A stretch of 36,766 nt of DNA from the NCBI RefSeq assembly GCF_001194135.2, contig NC_068985.1:9718206-9754971 (forward strand), in the 5' to 3' direction. Both the position numbers and the translations under genes were made by a program. The DNA is from Octopus bimaculoides (taxonomy: Eukaryota). The notes beneath the pieces were generated by a model. The model was not told where the DNA came from. It made no database searches and saw only the letters and a program-made list of their open reading frames with translations. Below, one piece after another: positions 30,331-36,766 of this stretch; the first letter of the stretch is position 1, and each line of letters starts with the position of its first letter.

Positions 30331-32019
30331 GAGCAAGTATTTACAAAAGTGTTTATCTCCTCTGTATAGCGTATCTAATATACACAAGGAAGCAAAGAGA
30401 TCTTTGTTAGTTTCAACAGTGAGTCTTTGAGTGGTTCAATGAACTACGCAATCTGTTCATTCAATCATGATATAAGTGGCTGAGTATTCCACAAACATAA
30501 GTATCCTTGCTCTAATTCTCAGCTGGAATAAACACAACATGCTATGTGACAAGACAAGACTGACCCTTTCTTCTTATAGGTACAATCCATCTGTCAGGCT
30601 TCCCACAGTTTCCACCTATCAAACTTCACTTATGAGGTTTGTGCCTTACTGAGGCTTCGTTAACAGACACATGCTTAATATACTACAACACAGAGGACGT
30701 GAACTCAGCACCTTATGGTTACAAAGTGAATTTCGTAACCCTTTCACATTCAAATCAGCCCTATCTAGCCAAAGTATTCCAGCTGCTTTACATTCATACT
30801 AGCTAGATCCAGCATCTCACACCTAGCTTGCAATGTCATTCTAAAAATATAGTCACATCATTGGAATCTCAAAGCTATAAGATATAGCATGATTAATTCA
30901 AAATAATATAAATAGATAAGTATTACATTTCACAGAATAATTTGAATGCTAAAGAGGGAGTCATGTGGACACACCTTTGTCCATTTACTAAATATTTAGC
31001 ATAGCATAGCAAGGATTACATTACATACCATGTCCTTCCTTGTTTCATAAACTTGGTGGTGTACTGACACAAAAGGTTGTATGATTTATGGAATAGTTGA
31101 GCACTTTTTTAATGGTAAAAATATTTCGCCCGTGTACATAGTTGCATGTGAAACCGGTGGAGCGCCCGCTATAAATGTTGTGCATTTAAAAAACAGCAGC
31201 TCGAAATATTTTAAAAATTAACTGGCAATGCTTAGTTGCAAGCATCACAACAAGGGTATTTGGCTGTTATTTCTTGTAAGCTAAGCAGTGGAATGGAGGA
31301 TGATATCCCATCAGTGGAATTTATGTGAATCAATTTGATAAATAAAAGAAAGAAGTGATAATATTATTATTATAATATTGACTTCAAATCTTGGCATAAG
31401 GCCAGCGATTTTAGTGGCAAGTCAATTACATCGACCCCAGTACTTAACTGGTACCTATTTTGTCAACGCTGAAAAGTGACCTCGGCAGCATTTGAACTCA
31501 GATTGTAAAGATGGACAAAATATCGCTAAGCGATTTTACAAGGCATGCTAATGATTCAGTGAGCTTGTCACCTTAGTTACACAAAATATTGGTTTCAAAT
31601 TTCAGCACAAGGCCAGTAATATTTGGGGGAGGGAGCAAGTCGAATGATAGGCAAAGTCGATCTGCACGGAATTTGAACTCAGAATGTAAAAATGCCACTA
31701 ATCAATTAGCCTGTTGTGCTAACGATTCTGCCAGCTTGCTGCTAATACTATTATAATAATGAGGAAGAAATATCTTCTTTCTGTCTTTCTGGTTGACGAA
31801 AGTGGTTAATGCTGATGTTAGTTAAGAATGGTCGTGGGTGGTTTGGCATAGACATAAGAAATTAACAAAGAAAAACGGCAGGGAAATAACCAGGGGTTTA
31901 ACAGAAATGAATATAATAGTCCATGACAAATTGAAAAAATTAATTAACTTTAACATGAAAAGGAAAAAAATGAATAGCAAAAAGTTATTTGTACCACACA
32001 CACACATATACATGTATGT

Positions 32020-32225
32020 AGATTCATGCGCACACACACAAAGGCACTCACAGATAAGCAGATATGTGTATGCATACACACACAAACATATATACAGATA
32101 CATATATATACATATANNNNNNNNNNCCTACTCATTCTATTAACATTTATATATACATACACACACACATATATATTTATATATACATACATATTTATTT
32201 ATACAGACATATATAACATATATGT
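32020..32225. repeat. (TA/CA)-rich microsatellite with a 10-N gap (32117-32126)
   Basis: Read directly. Confidence 0.9.
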
Positions 32226-34302
32226 AGTTTTCTAGTCAACATTCTGCCATGGGTTAGCTCTCAAAGTAAGTTGGTCAGCTCTGGGACAGACCCTTACATT
32301 TTATTTATATTTTTGGTTTTCTTTTTTAGGAATATATAAAAAAAAAAAAAATTCTTGTAACTAAATCTAAAACAATCACTCTATGTGCAAATAACATTTC
32401 ATACATACACTATTATTGGGAAATGTGCCAAAGAGAATTTTAAAAAAAAAACAAATCATGGTTTTGAAATTTTTCATTAAATAATTTTTTTTAATATTCT
32501 TTTTTTAAGATTTTATTTTATATATTTATTTATTTATTTCAATTTTTTTAAACATTTTTTTCCATATTTTGTTTTTTTTACATTCACTCTGCTTTTGTTG
32601 TTTCTACACTAACAATATAGCTGTTTGTAGCTTTGCTCAAGACTTCTATGATACAAACTTGCTGTTTTTAAAGAAATCTAAATTTGAATCTTTCATCAGA
32701 ATTTCCTGTTAATTTAAGTTCTAAACACCAGCTTGATAAGGACAGAGTTATTTTGCTAAATTCTTCATTATTTTCAAAATTATTTAAAACAAGGACAGTG
32801 TACTTCAACAGAAATGATTGTTACAAAAGTAACAAATGATTGTTACTGTTTGGTTGGCTCAAAGAGTCACAGTATATTTCTTAGACTTGTCACATCACCT
32901 AGCACTGCATTCTTAGCACCACATACTCCTGGTAAATAAATTCCATTTGATAAGGCCCACAAAAAGAACCCTATCACTACTGAAATTCTTAAATTTAAAT
33001 AGGAGAAACACAAGAGGAAAATTCTGATTTTTCAGATCAAGTTGCTTGTTTGAGAAAGAAAAATGCTTGAAAGATTTCATATAAAAATGTTAAAATCTTC
33101 TTCATATCATGGCAAACAAACTTTTCCAAATTTACCAACTTCAGAGAATAAATTTTGGTGAAGTTAGTTACCATTTACCACTAGTTTCTTTGGATTTTAT
33201 TTTCATTTTTTTTTTTTTTTCATTTTATATAAATACTGACGAATTCTTCAAGGCCACTTTAAGTCAATATACTTTGTAAACAATACATGAAGCTAACGTT
33301 TTAAAAAATAGAAAAAAATAACAAAACAATCTACTCCATAAAATGATTGATTAAATCATTGGATCATCATCAACATCATCATCATCATCATCACCATCGT
33401 CGTCATTGTCAATATATATGTATATATATTTTTTTTTCATGCAAGCATAGTGGGTTGGATAGATATGCAATACAACATATTGTCATTTTATTTCTAGTGA
33501 TTTAAACAGTTTAAAAATTTTTCTCAATAAATACTAATTATTTATCAGTTACTTTTTAGCTGGAAAATATTCTGCCTGTTACTTCTCAGGCTTTCTCTCT
33601 GTCCATCTTGGATTTATTATTTTTTAATTTTTTTTTATATAATTCTTATATCAAATTACAATAATACATGAGAATTTATTTAATTCATAATAACTTATAT
33701 AATTAACGATGGCTGGGTGTAAAAATTTTATATCGCAATTTATATAATTTGCAATATCTTATATAATAGCAGATTATATAATCTTTAATAAAAAAATTAT
33801 ATTATTAACAATAACAATTTGTATAATTCACAATAAATTATATAATACATAAAAATAAAGTTATATAACTGAAAAATAAAATAAAACCATAAATTCATAA
33901 TAATAATAATTCCTGATTGCAGTTTCCATGTGGAATGGTAAAAGTAGAAAGAAAAAAAAAGAAAGAAAAAAGCCAAAAGATAACGAAAAGACAAATAAAA
34001 TGAAATTCGGTTTTACAAGAATAGATCCGCTCTCTTTTGTCAGAGAATGTGGAATGAAATGAAAGCATCATATATTTTTTGATGAGAGATATGCAATGTT
34101 ATCTTTCTATGGCCAATTTCCTGATTGGTTAAACAATGTCTTCACCTCATTAACAAAAAAAAAAACAAAAAAAAAAATCAATGTCCGCACTTTGTTAGTC
34201 TAAAAGATCAGGTGACCACCATCCGCTCTTCACATCTCCACATGTAATTGTTGGTAACACTGCCATGCTCATGTTTTTCTGTTTAATTTTAATCCTTTTC
34301 TC

Positions 34303-34405
34303 TTATTCTCCCATCGAAGTCAAACCTCCACTGACTTCATTTTCAAATCCTTTCACAGCAACTCTCTGGAATTCTTCCATCACCAAGTCGTAGTCTTCTT
34401 TATCA
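34303..34405 (-). CDS. Terminal coding exon of an unidentified convergent gene (x-DKEDYDLVMEEFQRVAVKGFENEVSGGLTSMGE*)
   Basis: Minus-strand acceptor TTTATTTTCTTCAG (34406-34419), open phase-2 frame of 33 aa to TAA (34303-34305), coding-like composition, followed by about 2 kb of repeat-free AT-rich putative 3' UTR. Confidence 0.6.
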
Positions 34406-34529
34406 CTGAAGAAAATAAATACATAAGCATATATAAATAAATATATCATCGTCAGTATCCTTATCATCATCATCATCATCATCTAATGTCCATGTTGCAT
34501 GCTGGGATGGGTTGAATGGTATGGCAGGA

Positions 34530-34680
34530 CACTGTCTGTCACACTGAATCTCCCCGAGAATATGTTAAGGGTACACGTGTCTGTGGAGTTCTCAGCCACT
34601 TGCATGTTAATTTCACAAGCAGGCTGTTCCGTTGATCAGATCAACCGGAACCCTCGACGTCGTAACTGATGGTGTGCCAT
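34530..34680 (+). mobile_element. SINE family C, 3' fragment
   Basis: Matches 7745-7900. Confidence 0.8.
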
Positions 34681-34853
34681 GATGTATGTATGTATGTATA
34701 TGTATGTATGTATATATATATATATATATAGATATATATATATATATAATAATAAGGGTGATAAATTGGATATTAATTTAATTAACACCGATTCAAAACC
34801 AGTGACCTAGCATAAAGAAAATTCTGACAATTCAGAAAAATTATATCACATAC

Positions 34854-34970
34854 ATGTGAAAAGGGATGACCACTAAGTGGACATCCTTTATGCTAGAAAT
34901 TAACCATCAACGGTCAAATCACAAAAGAAAAGAATGTTCTCCAGGGAACCACTTAATGGTCATCCCTTCT

Positions 34971-34975
<5 letters not shown>
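34854..34975. mobile_element. Small MITE (about 120 bp) within a TA microsatellite
   Basis: 27-bp TIRs at 34854-34880 and 34949-34975, 24/27 match. Confidence 0.65.
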
Positions 34976-35001
<26 letters not shown>

Positions 35002-35164
35002 GGATAAATAGATGCATACATGATAATCTGTACCACTCATACATATGTGTGGATTCATCCAATACATTTGAATAAATAGACATACTGGAATGTTTGCTAG
35101 CTGGTGTCTGTCGATTTTATATCCTCTCCACTTTCTTATTTGCTGTATATATATGTGTGTGTGT

Positions 35165-35200
<36 letters not shown>

Positions 35201-35419
35201 GTGTGTGTGTGTTATAATTTAGAACAAACAGTAAAAGATTGTCATTATAGTACTCGGAGTTTCGAATGTCGGAGCGAAGAGCTACGATACATTCTCGTCA
35301 GCTACTATGAAAAACTGTTGAATAAAAGAGAAGTTACTCTAATAGGTAGAAAAAAGAAAAAAAAAACATAAAAAATACACGCAACCATATTCTGTTGCCA
35401 TTAATAGCCGACGAAAATG

Positions 35420-35945
35420 NNNNNNNNNNNNNNNNNNNNNNNNNNNNNNNNNNNNNNNNNNNNNNNNNNNNNNNNNNNNNNNNNNNNNNNNNNNNNNNNN
35501 NNNNNNNNNNNNNNNNNNNNNNNNNNNNNNNNNNNNNNNNNNNNNNNNNNNNNNNNNNNNNNNNNNNNNNNNNNNNNNNNNNNNNNNNNNNNNNNNNNNN
35601 NNNNNNNNNNNNNNNNNNNNNNNNNNNNNNNNNNNNNNNNNNNNNNNNNNNNNNNNNNNNNNNNNNNNNNNNNNNNNNNNNNNNNNNNNNNNNNNNNNNN
35701 NNNNNNNNNNNNNNNNNNNNNNNNNNNNNNNNNNNNNNNNNNNNNNNNNNNNNNNNNNNNNNNNNNNNNNNNNNNNNNNNNNNNNNNNNNNNNNNNNNNN
35801 NNNNNNNNNNNNNNNNNNNNNNNNNNNNNNNNNNNNNNNNNNNNNNNNNNNNNNNNNNNNNNNNNNNNNNNNNNNNNNNNNNNNNNNNNNNNNNNNNNNN
35901 NNNNNNNNNNNNNNNNNNNNNNNNNNNNNNNNNNNNNNNNNNNNN
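35420..35945. other. Assembly gap (526 N)
   Basis: Run of N. Confidence 1.
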
Positions 35946-36169
35946 TATATATGAAAGTTGCAAAATTATCACAGAACCATTACTCAGAGTTTCACATTGC
36001 CGTTCGTTGGACAACTGTGATGAATCTTGAATTAAAATCGTGATTGTACATGTAATATATTGTTATGAACAAGCATTTAAATTTGATTGGGTTGTGGCTT
36101 TTCAAAGCAGAACTGTGTAATTTTCGTTACAAGTTGGGTGGTAGAAGAATGTGAAAATTAACAGTAAAG

Positions 36170-36170
<1 letters not shown>

Positions 36171-36246
<76 letters not shown>

Positions 36247-36250
36247 TAAT
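36171..36250. repeat. (TAA)n microsatellite, about 25 units
   Basis: Read directly. Confidence 0.95.
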
Positions 36251-36596
36251 TATGACAAGATCGAACAACCTTGTGTGGAATGGGTGGGAATGCCCCAAAA
36301 TAAATAGTTAATGATTAATAATGAGATTGAAAGATTAGGATAGCGTGTCGAGTGTTAAAAGATAAGATTAAAAATAAATGGAAAGTTACGCCAATGAATT
36401 TACGGTATGGAAATATATATGCACGAATAAGGACATATGTAAGCCTATTTACTTACATACCCGTTCAGATACATATATATAAATACACACATAACACTAT
36501 AGACACACACGCATAGACACATCTGCACATACAGAGCATGTATATTATATGCACATAGAATACACATATACAAGTACAAAAGCGTACAAATACATA

Positions 36597-36725
36597 TATG
36601 GTAATCCCTCGCCACATCGCGGTTCGCCTATCGCGGTTCACTTATCGCGGTTTATTATTTAAACTTACGTCGATTCCTCCGTAGTGTTGTTTCGCATTTA
36701 TAATAAAATAAATATATACAAATTT
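36597..36725 (+). mobile_element. pogo/Tigger-like DNA transposon terminus
   Basis: TA+TGGTAATCCCTCGCCACATCGCGGTTC resembles the CAGTAATCCCTCG...TCGCGG Tigger-type TIR. Three subterminal ATCGCGGTT repeats. Confidence 0.6.
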
Positions 36726-36733
36726 AAAAAATA

Positions 36734-36766
<33 letters not shown>

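Noticed and set aside
31100-31200. CpG-containing patch with TATAAAT as a promoter
   Set aside because: No associated exon, donor or ORF; more likely a repeat fragment.

Overview
This is AT-rich, repeat-dense, gapped animal genomic DNA. The repeat families and microsatellite style suggest an octopus or other coleoid cephalopod (inference, not verified). The main gene is a complete + strand orthologue of the SUMO-specific isopeptidase USPL1. It has five coding exons (10308-10409, 11292-12370, 15036-15158, 16215-16372, 18958-20642) that splice in frame to 3147 nt (1048 aa) with an intact Cys/His/Asp triad. A probable promoter and non-coding first exon lie near 1.9-2.2 kb. The last coding exon of an unidentified convergent gene is at 34303-34405 (-). 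The rest is mostly SINE-like retroposons, MITEs (piggyBac-type TTAA, Mutator-type), decayed mariner, maT, Tigger-like, RTE and R4/Dong fragments, microsatellites and four N gaps. The most notable observations are: (1) three minimal type I hammerhead-ribozyme motifs, all in the sense orientation of USPL1, one inside a tRNA-headed SINE abutting the first coding splice acceptor; (2) a Mutator-type MITE whose TIRs carry octamer+CCAAT motifs; (3) an R4/Dong fragment inserted in (TAA)n; (4) a roughly 20-unit 12-aa gradient repeat in USPL1; (5) a UAG stop followed by a hairpin, where readthrough would add a SIM-like peptide; (6) several near-perfect inverted repeats able to form dsRNA. Most ORFs in the supplied track are spurious.
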